IMG/VR virus record: IMGVR_UViG_3300020269_000025
Location: 1-31,989 of that record
Direction: 5' to 3' (one strand)
Origin: a virus
Lineage: Duplodnaviria > Caudoviricetes
Length of the DNA stretch: 31,989 bases
Shown: positions 8,345 to 16,449 of the stretch, piece by piece
Numbering within the stretch: the first letter of the stretch is position 1
Layout of the letters: every line of letters starts with the position of its first letter
Notes under the pieces: model-generated
Databases searched by the model: none
What the model saw: the letters and a program-made list of their open reading frames with translations, nothing else
Told to the model about the DNA's origin: nothing
Translations under genes and position numbers: made by a program

Positions 8345-9043
8345 ATGAATACTTCTAACGAATACAAAATGGATACTATACTCTCAGAGTTTCCTGTCGA
8401 GGAGACAGCTGAGGTTATGACTATGGTTGCTGACGCTAACCAGATTGATAGGTCTGTCAAGACTTATGGTTATCGTAATGCACTAGCTAAACTAATACAT
8501 GAGGAGATACTGTTCTATATATCTCTAGGTAATTTATGTTCTAAGCTCGATGATAACCTTGTTGATCTCAAGGCTAATCGTGAGCTTGATCGTGAAGGTA
8601 TCTATGGTATGGATAATCCTAACGAGATACAAGTTCACAATCTAGAAGATGTAAAGAATATGCAGTCTAAGTTGCACGATATTCTTATCGGCAAACTAAA
8701 TATGTTTGTGTTGCGATTTGGTTGCAGTATTACTGAATGTCTTACTTGGACTAGCTCTGGCAAGTATGGTAAGAACCAGACTGCTGTTGCAAAAATATCA
8801 CAGTCATCTGAATACTATGCGTTGATGATGGACTCTGATATGTCTGGTCTATTCAAAGATCAGATGCAATCAGTATCATACAAACTTAATGGAATGATTG
8901 ATAAACTTAATCAGGCTACTGTTCCACCAGTCAAACAATATTCAATGTTTGAGAAAGAAGTTATGAACAGGCTTGTACAAGCTGAAGATAAAATATCCAA
9001 AGCTGAGAAAGAAAAGTTTTCACAACCAATCGTTCAGTCTTAA
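8345..9043 (+). CDS. Hypothetical protein, first early gene
   Basis: 232 aa from ATG 8345 (AAAGGA RBS at 8333-8338); no recognisable motif. Confidence 0.8.
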   Translation: MNTSNEYKMDTILSEFPVEETAEVMTMVADANQIDRSVKTYGYRNALAKLIHEEILFYISLGNLCSKLDDNLVDLKANRELDREGIYGMDNPNEIQVHNLEDVKNMQSKLHDILIGKLNMFVLRFGCSITECLTWTSSGKYGKNQTAVAKISQSSEYYALMMDSDMSGLFKDQMQSVSYKLNGMIDKLNQATVPPVKQYSMFEKEVMNRLVQAEDKISKAEKEKFSQPIVQS

Positions 9044-9054
9044 TATAAACAAAT

Positions 9055-9084
9055 ATCTCAGGCAGTCGAGAGACTGCTTGGGAT
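9055..9084 (+). promoter_or_regulatory. 13-bp RNA hairpin with GAGA tetraloop
   Basis: ATCTCAGGCAGTC-GAGA-GACTGCTTGGGAT; two G-U pairs indicate plus-strand RNA; no U-tract. Confidence 0.55.
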
Positions 9085-9122
9085 TAAGCAATCGCCGCTT
9101 AGCGACATAGAGAGGAGAGTAT

Positions 9123-9371
9123 ATGGCAACATATGTACTAGCAGTCTGTGTGACTGCGATAATAGTAATACAGTTCATGGCTATGATATATCTAGCTTAT
9201 CAGGTAGATCATGAGAGAGAGAGTAATATCAAGCTTGAGAGAAAGCTGTATGATTTAATTCAATACATGAGAAAGGAGCAACAAGATGTTGAGAATAGCA
9301 AACTTACTGAGAGGTATGAGTCAGTTTCTTTTGATCGACCGAATGGTCAAGAAGATGAAAAGTATAGCTGA
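9123..9371 (+). CDS. Hypothetical membrane-anchored protein
   Basis: N-terminal hydrophobic helix; GAGGAG RBS. Confidence 0.7.
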   Translation: MATYVLAVCVTAIIVIQFMAMIYLAYQVDHERESNIKLERKLYDLIQYMRKEQQDVENSKLTERYESVSFDRPNGQEDEKYS

Positions 9372-9507
9372 TGCAGAGCCATCACTTGATGAGGCATTGG
9401 AGAAACACCAGAAAGCCACAGAGCAAGTAAAGCTTATGGAGCAGGTGATTGCGTCCAAGCACAAGAATCTTCAAGAGATTATCAACCGTCTAAACAAGGA
9501 GGACTAG
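9286..9507 (+). CDS. Hypothetical coiled-coil protein
   Basis: AAGGAG RBS before ATG 9286; overlaps the upstream ORF by 86 nt. Confidence 0.65.
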   Translation: MLRIANLLRGMSQFLLIDRMVKKMKSIADAEPSLDEALEKHQKATEQVKLMEQVIASKHKNLQEIINRLNKED

Positions 9508-9508
9508 T

Positions 9509-9763
9509 ATGCCATTAGACACAAGTAAACAAGCGAGTATGTATGTCAAAGGATATGTACAAAATATCTGGGAAAGAGATGCATCTGGCGAGGTTGTAGT
9601 ACCGTATAATAAAACTGGTGAACAGTTCAAAGTTATACAAACTATCAACTATACTGGTATTATGCCAGGACAGACTTGCAATATGGAGAGTCTACAGTCA
9701 TTGATTGCAGATCAAAGTATTGATGTCAGTATTGTGGAAGCACCAAAGCCAAGCAATAGATAG
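9509..9763 (+). CDS. Hypothetical protein
   Basis: 84 aa, GGAGG RBS. Confidence 0.75.
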   Translation: MPLDTSKQASMYVKGYVQNIWERDASGEVVVPYNKTGEQFKVIQTINYTGIMPGQTCNMESLQSLIADQSIDVSIVEAPKPSNR

Positions 9764-9770
9764 CTAGGTT

Positions 9771-9813
9771 GGGGAGGGTACTGTAAATAAATTAAGGTTA
9801 AACTTCCCTCCCC
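9771..9813. promoter_or_regulatory. Intergenic inverted repeat
   Basis: GGGGAGGG (9771-9778) / CCCTCCCC (9806-9813) around a 27-nt AT-rich loop. Confidence 0.45.
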
Positions 9814-9849
9814 CCTACATTTATGTTAATATTTTCAAGGAGGTAGAGT

Positions 9850-10182
9850 ATGGAAATAAATCTAATCACTAAGGTAATTGACAAGGTTCACGATGGTGAA
9901 ATGTCAAAAGAACAAGGCTTCAATCGTATCGAACAGATAATTATAAATTATTACAAAGAACTCGATGATGCTATTTATGACAAAGACGATATCCGCAGAG
10001 AGATCTTTTATCTATTTGATTTCAGGAACGGTATACTTGCAGGACAAGTAGAAGGTGATGAGAACAAAATAGATGAGGACATAAAGAAACTATGTACTCA
10101 GATCGACACGGATTATGAAACTATGGAACAAGAATGGGAGGATACAAATCATGGACGAGAACCGAATTTACAAGACGACTAA
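9850..10182 (+). CDS. Acidic hypothetical protein
   Basis: 110 aa, AAGGAGG RBS. Confidence 0.75.
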   Translation: MEINLITKVIDKVHDGEMSKEQGFNRIEQIIINYYKELDDAIYDKDDIRREIFYLFDFRNGILAGQVEGDENKIDEDIKKLCTQIDTDYETMEQEWEDTNHGREPNLQDD

Positions 10183-10882
10183 CTATGGTATGTTCAAACT
10201 AAAGTTTGGAAACAGACCAATAGATAACAACCATGTGAATAAACTTCGTAGGTCAATGACCAAACAGTTTATTAAAACACCAATCACAGTTAATAAACGA
10301 ATGGAAATATGTGATGGTCAACATAGGTTTACAGCAATCAAAGCTCTAGGATTACCTGTATTTTACAGGCTAGCATCAGAGAATCTAGATACAATCAGAA
10401 CTATGAACCAGAATAATAAGAACTGGTCATTTGATGATTATCTAGCATCTTATGTATCCTTAGAGACAAGGAAAGATGGTAACATTGGACCATACACACA
10501 GTTCAATGTGTTTAAAAGACAGACAAGATTTCCAAATGCTGCTTGTCTAGCAATGCTTACTGCGAATAAAAGTAGTTCTTGTGTATCAGAGTTTAAAGAA
10601 GGTAAGCTTGAAATACCACAGGGTCAATTTGGTGTAGCAACAAAACAAGCTAAAATGATTATGGAAATCGGTCAGTACTATGATGGATTCAAGAAAGCTA
10701 AGTTCATCAGTGCTATGTTAATACTATTCAAAGATGAACAATTTACATTCAAAAAGTTTATCAAAAAGCTCTCTATGAATAGAAACAAACTATACCACTG
10801 CACTAACACTCTAGATTATATTGATACAATAGAGAGGTTATACAACTGGGGTAATGCAACCAAAGTTAAATTTAGGAGGTAA
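10151..10882 (+). CDS. ParB/Srx-like N-terminal domain (DGQHR) protein
   Basis: GNRPIDNNHVNKLRRSM..PITVN..ICDGQHRFTAIKALGLPV; start moved to ATG 10151 (GGAGG RBS). Confidence 0.8.
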   Translation: MDENRIYKTTNYGMFKLKFGNRPIDNNHVNKLRRSMTKQFIKTPITVNKRMEICDGQHRFTAIKALGLPVFYRLASENLDTIRTMNQNNKNWSFDDYLASYVSLETRKDGNIGPYTQFNVFKRQTRFPNAACLAMLTANKSSSCVSEFKEGKLEIPQGQFGVATKQAKMIMEIGQYYDGFKKAKFISAMLILFKDEQFTFKKFIKKLSMNRNKLYHCTNTLDYIDTIERLYNWGNATKVKFRR

Positions 10883-10884
10883 CT

Positions 10885-11211
10885 ATGAACCAATACAGAG
10901 TAACTGTTATACCTGTCCACGGTGAGATTAAAGAACATTTAGTGGATGGTGATGATGGTCCAAACTTTAAAGATATGTACCGTCTGCTAGGGTGTAATAT
11001 GATTGAGATTACAGGCTGTAGAGTAGGTGGTAAAAACTATGAACTCTACATAGATGAAGAAGGTAGATTTAAAGATAACAATGGAATGAATCCAACTGCA
11101 TCACAATACTTTGTTGACTGGCTTGGAAACGAGGGGAGAGTAGCAAGAGTAGCCAACATAGTAGGTGACGCAGCTGTAGTTGATCCAGAACCCATAAATG
11201 AAAGGAAATAA
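10885..11211 (+). CDS. DUF3846-like protein
   Basis: MYRLLGCNMIE..LYIDEEG..NPTAS..IVGDAAVV pattern; AGGAGG RBS. Confidence 0.72.
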   Translation: MNQYRVTVIPVHGEIKEHLVDGDDGPNFKDMYRLLGCNMIEITGCRVGGKNYELYIDEEGRFKDNNGMNPTASQYFVDWLGNEGRVARVANIVGDAAVVDPEPINERK

Positions 11212-11213
11212 TT

Positions 11214-11456
11214 ATGAAATTATTGAGTAAATATGAGGATTATGAACCAAAATCGAACATAGATATGTCAGACATACCGTATGCAAATATAGTAATGGGC
11301 GTATTAGAAAACGAAACAATAGAAAAGATTCAAAGACATCTTGGTGGTACACCATGGAATGAAACTCCATTTGATGTATGGCAAAGAGTATTTGATGCTT
11401 GTCAAAAATATAAAGGAGAGTCGTATGGGATTAGATCAACGAGCAGGTTACAATGA
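11214..11456 (+). CDS. Hypothetical protein
   Basis: 80 aa, AAAGGA RBS. Confidence 0.65.
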   Translation: MKLLSKYEDYEPKSNIDMSDIPYANIVMGVLENETIEKIQRHLGGTPWNETPFDVWQRVFDACQKYKGESYGIRSTSRLQ

Positions 11457-11775
11457 AGTAGATGTGTATGACTGGCGTAAGCACGCAAGGTTACAACAGT
11501 TCATGCATAACAAATACTTTGAGAAACATCCTGATGCAGTATCAGGTCAAGAGTTCAATTGTAAGAAACTAATACTTACAAAAGAAGATATACTTGAGTT
11601 TCAAAAACTAGTTAAGAATGATAACTTACCATTTTGTGATGGTGGCTTCTTTTGGGGGCATCAGTGGCAGGAAGAAGCTATGAAAGATTACAAAGAGTAC
11701 GATCTTAAATTCTGTGAAGATGCACTTCAGTGGATCAAAGAAGGTAAAGAGGTATGGTATGACTGCTGGTGGTAA
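11425..11775 (+). CDS. Conserved phage protein (MGLD..WRK..GGFFWG..WW type)
   Basis: Start moved to ATG 11425 (AAGGAG RBS); motif pattern familiar from phage early regions. Confidence 0.75.
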   Translation: MGLDQRAGYNEVDVYDWRKHARLQQFMHNKYFEKHPDAVSGQEFNCKKLILTKEDILEFQKLVKNDNLPFCDGGFFWGHQWQEEAMKDYKEYDLKFCEDALQWIKEGKEVWYDCWW

Positions 11776-11989
11776 AACCAAAGGCAAAGTTTTAATCATG
11801 GATAGACATCAGGGTAAGTTGATTGATGAAACTAAAGTTTATAGTTTATGTTCTGAAGGTAATAGAAGAATTATACAATCTTCATATGACAAGAACAGAT
11901 TACAAACTATAGCTGATATGTTAAATCAAGAGCAAGAGCTTATGTCAGGAGTTAAATATGAAAAGTTTTTTATACTTGAACCTCTGTAA
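11759..11989 (+). CDS. Hypothetical protein
   Basis: Likely ATG 11759 after GAGGT; overlaps neighbours. Confidence 0.6.
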   Translation: MTAGGKTKGKVLIMDRHQGKLIDETKVYSLCSEGNRRIIQSSYDKNRLQTIADMLNQEQELMSGVKYEKFFILEPL

Positions 11990-12155
11990 TACTGTGTTGT
12001 TGATTGTAGTTTTGATTAGTCAAACTGCTGATATGTATACTGATCATGTGAACTATAGCAGCAACTGGTGTGCAAAAGAAATTGAAATAATGAGAGATCA
12101 AATAAGTGATCTTTGGTATATAAATGGATTAAATGGAGTACAATTAGATGACTGA
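11958..12155 (+). CDS. Hypothetical protein with N-terminal hydrophobic segment
   Basis: 65 aa, AGGAG RBS. Confidence 0.65.
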   Translation: MKSFLYLNLCNTVLLIVVLISQTADMYTDHVNYSSNWCAKEIEIMRDQISDLWYINGLNGVQLDD

Positions 12156-12333
12156 AATGAAAAAGAAAGATGACGAGTCTTTAACAACATATATCTACAG
12201 AGTGTGTAATAAGAACTATAATGAAATGAATCCAAAAGGCTTTCAAAGCTTTTTAGATCAAATGATCAAGCTATGTCAGGATATGGATAAAGGTAAATAT
12301 CCTTCTGATAACAAAGATTCCGTTAAGGAATGA
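12148..12333 (+). CDS. Hypothetical protein
   Basis: 61 aa, GGAG RBS. Confidence 0.6.
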   Translation: MTEMKKKDDESLTTYIYRVCNKNYNEMNPKGFQSFLDQMIKLCQDMDKGKYPSDNKDSVKE

Positions 12334-12375
12334 TTGGGCTAGGTACTTCCGTTTGTTCTTGAATCCTAGCCCAGT

Positions 12376-12439
12376 TTGGAGGGGAATATGTATACAAGTA
12401 CTACCTACCGAAAATCTAATTTCTTGGAGGGGAATATGT
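12376..12439 (+). repeat. 16-nt perfect direct repeat containing RBS and ATG
   Basis: TTGGAGGGGAATATGT at 12376-12391 and 12424-12439, 48 nt apart and in frame. Confidence 0.85.
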
Positions 12440-12843
12440 TTTTAAAACTTAAGACTGTACCTCAGATGTCAGTCGAACTTGAAGAACCTGCTTCTGTTAT
12501 TAGACATTGGGTAAAGAGACACAATGTACCGTTTCAACAAAAGAGCAGAATGCATTACAAATATTTTGGAGTGGCAGGACAAGCAAAGCTACACAGGATA
12601 AAGAAACTATATCGTGAGGATTTGTATTCTGCGATTGGTGTAGATAAACAACTAACAAAGAAAGGATATGACAATGTCAAAAATGTCAGAGAGTCAAAGA
12701 CAGTACTTTCTACAGAGAGTAAGCGATCAAGTTTACAACGCAAAGAGAGTATTGGAACTCAAAGAGTCAAGGAAGAAGGAACAGATGATTACGAAGATGT
12801 ATCCGAAATACCTCAAGACTATTGGGATCAATACATTACTTGA
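12388..12843 (+). CDS. MerR-like winged HTH DNA-binding protein
   Basis: KTVPQMSVELEEPASVIRHW..YKYF..LHRIKKLYREDLYSAIGV matches the MerR HTH pattern; alternative start 12436. Confidence 0.68.
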   Translation: MYTSTTYRKSNFLEGNMFLKLKTVPQMSVELEEPASVIRHWVKRHNVPFQQKSRMHYKYFGVAGQAKLHRIKKLYREDLYSAIGVDKQLTKKGYDNVKNVRESKTVLSTESKRSSLQRKESIGTQRVKEEGTDDYEDVSEIPQDYWDQYIT

Positions 12844-13201
12844 TGAATACAAAAAGAAAGAAGCTGCGTACGAAAAATCTAAAGATGAACTATTAAAGGT
12901 CGTTCAAAGAATGTGTGATGCTGAAGATATTAGTTCATACAATGTTACAACTTACAAAGATGTAGAATACAAACTGAAGGAACTTTGTGGTTTAATGGTT
13001 GATAGAGAGTATAAGAATACTGATGAAGGTAAAGAGTTATTAGCTCTTGATCAGTCGCACCAACAAGCTAAAGATATGATTTGGTCTGCTGGTAGTCAAT
13101 CAGAACATCTTATGAAAGCTATAGCAACTACATTACAACAAGGTGCTGGTATTGATATAGGATACAAACCATTACAGATAGAGGCAAAAAATGAAAGATA
13201 A
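12668..13201 (+). CDS. Hypothetical helical protein
   Basis: 177 aa, AAAGGA RBS; start 12668 or 12674. Confidence 0.78.
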   Translation: MTMSKMSESQRQYFLQRVSDQVYNAKRVLELKESRKKEQMITKMYPKYLKTIGINTLLDEYKKKEAAYEKSKDELLKVVQRMCDAEDISSYNVTTYKDVEYKLKELCGLMVDREYKNTDEGKELLALDQSHQQAKDMIWSAGSQSEHLMKAIATTLQQGAGIDIGYKPLQIEAKNER

Positions 13202-13358
13202 AGAAATACAATTAAACATTAACTATCGTGAATTAGTAGACAGAATTGATAGTTTACAATGTTCACTTGGATATCTTATCGAAGATGCAGACCGTTTAGG
13301 TTTGAAATTCGATAGAATAAAAAAAGTGTTTAATGAGACTGTCAAACCAAAAAGGTAA
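13191..13358 (+). CDS. 55-aa hypothetical protein, not in ORF track
   Basis: MKDKEIQLNINYRELVDRIDSLQCSLGYLIEDADRLGLKFDRIKKVFNETVKPKR; GAGG RBS. Confidence 0.65.
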   Translation: MKDKEIQLNINYRELVDRIDSLQCSLGYLIEDADRLGLKFDRIKKVFNETVKPKR

Positions 13359-13363
13359 ACAAT

Positions 13364-13498
13364 ATGATTACATTTGTATGTGGAGTAATACTTGGCTGGA
13401 TAGCAGCTCGTTCCTACCGTAAATCAAAAGAAGATGTCAAAGAGATGAGTGATGATGTCAAATCATTTCTTGGAAGATTTACTAAGAAAGACGAGTAG
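13364..13498 (+). CDS. 44-aa membrane-anchored peptide, not in ORF track
   Basis: MITFVCGVILGWIAARSYRKSKEDVKEMSDDVKSFLGRFTKKDE; overlaps the convergent gene by 36 nt. Confidence 0.6.
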   Translation: MITFVCGVILGWIAARSYRKSKEDVKEMSDDVKSFLGRFTKKDE

Positions 13499-13813
13499 GT
13501 CTGGGTTATCAATAAACAATAGAGGTTGGAGTATGTTGGTAGTATTTAGCACTACTCTTTCTTCTGTTGTATCATTAGATAAAGCCATACCATCATTTAC
13601 TTCACCTATAGTTTTGAAAACACAATGCATGATTTCATGCAATACTGTGTTTGCTTCCTCTTTTGGTGATAGTCCAGGTTGGATTTCTATTCTGTTTTCA
13701 CGATCTAGATACTGACCAAAACAATCAGTCATGTTATCTCTTTTAAAATCTGGCTTTGCGTAAGCTATCTCGATGGTCCTATAGCCTACTCTGATTTTCA
13801 TAGGTAGCTTCAT
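13463..13813 (-). CDS. HExxH zinc metallopeptidase-like protein (ImmA/IrrE-like)
   Basis: FGQY..IEIQPGL..NTVLHEIMHC..EERVV. Confidence 0.78.
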   Translation of the reverse strand: MKLPMKIRVGYRTIEIAYAKPDFKRDNMTDCFGQYLDRENRIEIQPGLSPKEEANTVLHEIMHCVFKTIGEVNDGMALSNDTTEERVVLNTTNILQPLLFIDNPDLLVFLSKSSKK

Positions 13814-13862
13814 ATAGGCACACCTATTCTAGTGTAATATAAATTAGTATTTGAGTTGGATG

Positions 13863-14186
13863 TCATTTGCAAGTGTTTTTCCATAAAATCTGCGAATAAA
13901 TAATTGGTTCTAAACAATAGTTTAACCAAAATTTGCGTTCGTTGCCATATTGTTGATGCAATTCCATATGGTGATAAACACATAATGGTACTGTATACGA
14001 ATCACATACTTTCTGCCCAAGACCTCGTTTTTGTGCATACATAATATGGTGTGCGTGAATATCCTGATCAGTTTTACAGACACAGCAAGGGTGTTCACGA
14101 ACATAATCTAAGTGTTTACTGCTCCGATAGCGTTTTTCAATCGAAGGATCAAACAACGATTTATCTATTCTACGCTTTTTAGCCAC
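13863..14186 (-). CDS. DUF968-like HNH/zinc-finger nuclease
   Basis: HLDYVREHPCCVC..AHH..GLGQKVCDSYTVPLCVYHHMELH..ERKFW. Confidence 0.8.
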   Translation of the reverse strand: MAKKRRIDKSLFDPSIEKRYRSSKHLDYVREHPCCVCKTDQDIHAHHIMYAQKRGLGQKVCDSYTVPLCVYHHMELHQQYGNERKFWLNYCLEPIIYSQILWKNTCK

Positions 14187-14640
14187 GAATAGTGTTCCCT
14201 TTGTTTGCTAGTCCGAAGTAAACAGCTGCTTCTCCGAGTGCTTCTCTTAGTCTATGTCCACCATAATACTTTGAAAAACCTAGCTTTTTATTCATTTCTG
14301 TTATTCCATATCCTTCACCACACACAAGATCTAGTACCTTTGCTGATGTAGGACCTACAGCTGAGTTACACCTAGATAGCTCTTGCATTGCGTGTAGCTT
14401 ATGATCAGCAATATTACCAGATCCACCAGAATCTATGCGTTCTTGGAGTGGAGATACTCTACATCCAAGGAGTGAAGTTTCGTATAATTTACGGTATTTC
14501 AGACCAGCAGAGTACTGAATAGAGGTGATGAGATTACGATTACGAAGGGTATCCAAGGAGCATTCCCTTAGATTCATAACCATTACATAGCTTCCTTGCT
14601 TTAGTACAGGTTTGATATCTCTTTTGTCCTCGGAATCCAC
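14179..14640 (-). CDS. DUF6456-like transcription regulator (GafA C-terminal-like)
   Basis: NLRECSLDTL..QYSAGLKYRKLY..RIDSG..AVGP..VLDLVCGEG..LREAL pattern; GTG start. Confidence 0.68.
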   Translation of the reverse strand: MDSEDKRDIKPVLKQGSYVMVMNLRECSLDTLRNRNLITSIQYSAGLKYRKLYETSLLGCRVSPLQERIDSGGSGNIADHKLHAMQELSRCNSAVGPTSAKVLDLVCGEGYGITEMNKKLGFSKYYGGHRLREALGEAAVYFGLANKGNTIRG

Positions 14641-14704
14641 AGGTTAAATATGAATGATTTGTTGTGTATGTGCAACGAATATGATTAGATGAAAGTGAGT
14701 AAAT
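14641..14704. promoter_or_regulatory. Second divergent promoter region
   Basis: 64-nt gap; imperfect palindrome GTTGTGTATGTGCAAC 14661-14676; minus strand TTGCAC-N17-CATATT ending 6 nt before the GTG start. Confidence 0.5.
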
Positions 14705-15499
14705 ATGAAATTAAACAAACCTATTCTTAGTGATGATTATAGGCATAGTGCATCAAGAGGTGTTGATTATATTGAGAATCCCTCATTATGGTTAATTCGT
14801 AATTATTTTGGTGTAGAGTCTACACAGAATTACAGTATGGCTATGGGTACAGCATCTGAGTGGGCTGCCTATAAAGGTCTACATGAAGATTATGATAGAA
14901 ATATTGATTACAATCAGAGATGTGAACAGGTATCAAGGATGGCTGAGAATCAGTTTAAAACATTGTGTCAAGATTTATTGACAGAAGATGCAGGTGTCAT
15001 ACCTAAACAAATGCAGAAGGTTGGTGCTATAGCAAACAACTTCATAGATATACTAAGCAATCTAGATAAAGATCTAGTAGCTTATAATGAAAAGAAAGTG
15101 GTTGAGTATCCAAACCTAAAACATAAAATTACTTATGTACCAGACTTTGAGTATGATGACCTCATAGTAGATACAAAAGCTACACAGCAGTTTCCAACTG
15201 ATCCGTTCAAAACAAAGCTGCAACATATTAGGCAGGTATCTTTGTATGGCTTATTATCAGGTAAGAATGTAGCTTTATTATATGCGACAGATAAAAAGTG
15301 TGCTATCTTTGGTATACCAGATGATGTCGTAAAACGAGAGGGTGAGTTTATGATTGAAGTGTTTAGTACAATCGAGAAGAACAATGAGTTTTTCAAAGAT
15401 GCAAGAACATTTATGAAACATAACATACTCAATACAGAAGGATACAAATGGGATGAAAACACTAAAGCAATCGCTGACAGGTATTGGTCTAAAGCTTAA
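14705..15499 (+). CDS. PD-(D/E)xK family exonuclease
   Basis: HSAS..MAMGT, E..YVPDF..IVDTKAT, QVSLY motifs. Confidence 0.82.
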   Translation: MKLNKPILSDDYRHSASRGVDYIENPSLWLIRNYFGVESTQNYSMAMGTASEWAAYKGLHEDYDRNIDYNQRCEQVSRMAENQFKTLCQDLLTEDAGVIPKQMQKVGAIANNFIDILSNLDKDLVAYNEKKVVEYPNLKHKITYVPDFEYDDLIVDTKATQQFPTDPFKTKLQHIRQVSLYGLLSGKNVALLYATDKKCAIFGIPDDVVKREGEFMIEVFSTIEKNNEFFKDARTFMKHNILNTEGYKWDENTKAIADRYWSKA

Positions 15500-15512
15500 C
15501 AAAGGAGGACAT

Positions 15513-16013
15513 ATGGCATACCAAGCACAACTAAAGAAAGACGCAAGGGATTACTCAGAAGGTGATCAAATCAAGTTCTGGATTCCTGCAAAAATGAATG
15601 ACAATGATATTGTAGTCTATTGGAACAATGGATTGCTATCAGATGGCACTAAACCTATGGATGCTCTCAAAGAGGGTGAATGGATAGAGTTTGAAGGCTA
15701 CAGTAAGAACGGTAAAACCTACACAGCTAAACAACTAAAGGTTGCTGAAGGTCTTGAAGCTCTTGCTGATGATGATCTTAACCAAGACACACCGTCTGGT
15801 AAAAAGATTACATCTGCTATCACAGATCAACTTCGTTCAGGTGATATGGTTCGAGTAAGAGCAGTTAATGATGCTATGCTTGACAAGGACATGAAATGGT
15901 CTGAAAAGGTAAAATATGTAAAACAAGCTGTAAATTTATATTCAGCTAGTACAATGGATGAAGCAGAGGTAAGTGCAGAATATGACGAAGAAGGTCAAAG
16001 AATACCTTTCTGA
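15513..16013 (+). CDS. Putative single-stranded DNA-binding protein
   Basis: Start moved to ATG 15513 (AAGGAGG); OB-like LKEGEWIEFEG segment; acidic tail ending DEEGQRIPF; follows the exonuclease. Confidence 0.62.
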   Translation: MAYQAQLKKDARDYSEGDQIKFWIPAKMNDNDIVVYWNNGLLSDGTKPMDALKEGEWIEFEGYSKNGKTYTAKQLKVAEGLEALADDDLNQDTPSGKKITSAITDQLRSGDMVRVRAVNDAMLDKDMKWSEKVKYVKQAVNLYSASTMDEAEVSAEYDEEGQRIPF

Positions 16014-16449
16014 TGAAACCATTAATGAGTTAGACTCTGCGTTTTTTGATGCTTATCATGAAAATGTTTGTGAAGTAGCAATAGATAACTTTCGTAGAGA
16101 TAACCATGTTGCAACTATTCTAGTAGGGCATACTAGGGGAGCAGCCTCATATACTAAGCTATTTGACAAGGAGCTAAAGGATGAGGCTGTTAATCTTATG
16201 AAGGTCCTTCAAAGAAAAAATATTTCAACATACAGTTTTGTTAGTGAAGGTAAGGTTAGAAAACAAAATCAGAAAAAAAAGGTTGAGTGTATAATTATAT
16301 CTTCACACAACAAAGCTGGTGATGCTCGTACTACAATATATGAAATTGTAAACAGAGATAAGTGTAAAGTATCTTTGTATGCAACAGGTGAAGTACAAGA
16401 TAATTTGTGGAACTATTTGTTACAGGATGATGAAAGGATTTTACATTGA
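15973..16449 (+). CDS. Hypothetical protein
   Basis: ~155 aa with YSFVSEG..ECIII segment; start 15973 or 15982. Confidence 0.75.
   Translation: MQNMTKKVKEYLSDETINELDSAFFDAYHENVCEVAIDNFRRDNHVATILVGHTRGAASYTKLFDKELKDEAVNLMKVLQRKNISTYSFVSEGKVRKQNQKKKVECIIISSHNKAGDARTTIYEIVNRDKCKVSLYATGEVQDNLWNYLLQDDERILH

Noticed and set aside
14705-15499. Cas4/CRISPR association of the exonuclease
   Set aside because: No other cas genes or array and no clear four-Cys cluster; ordinary phage recombination nuclease context next to an SSB-like gene
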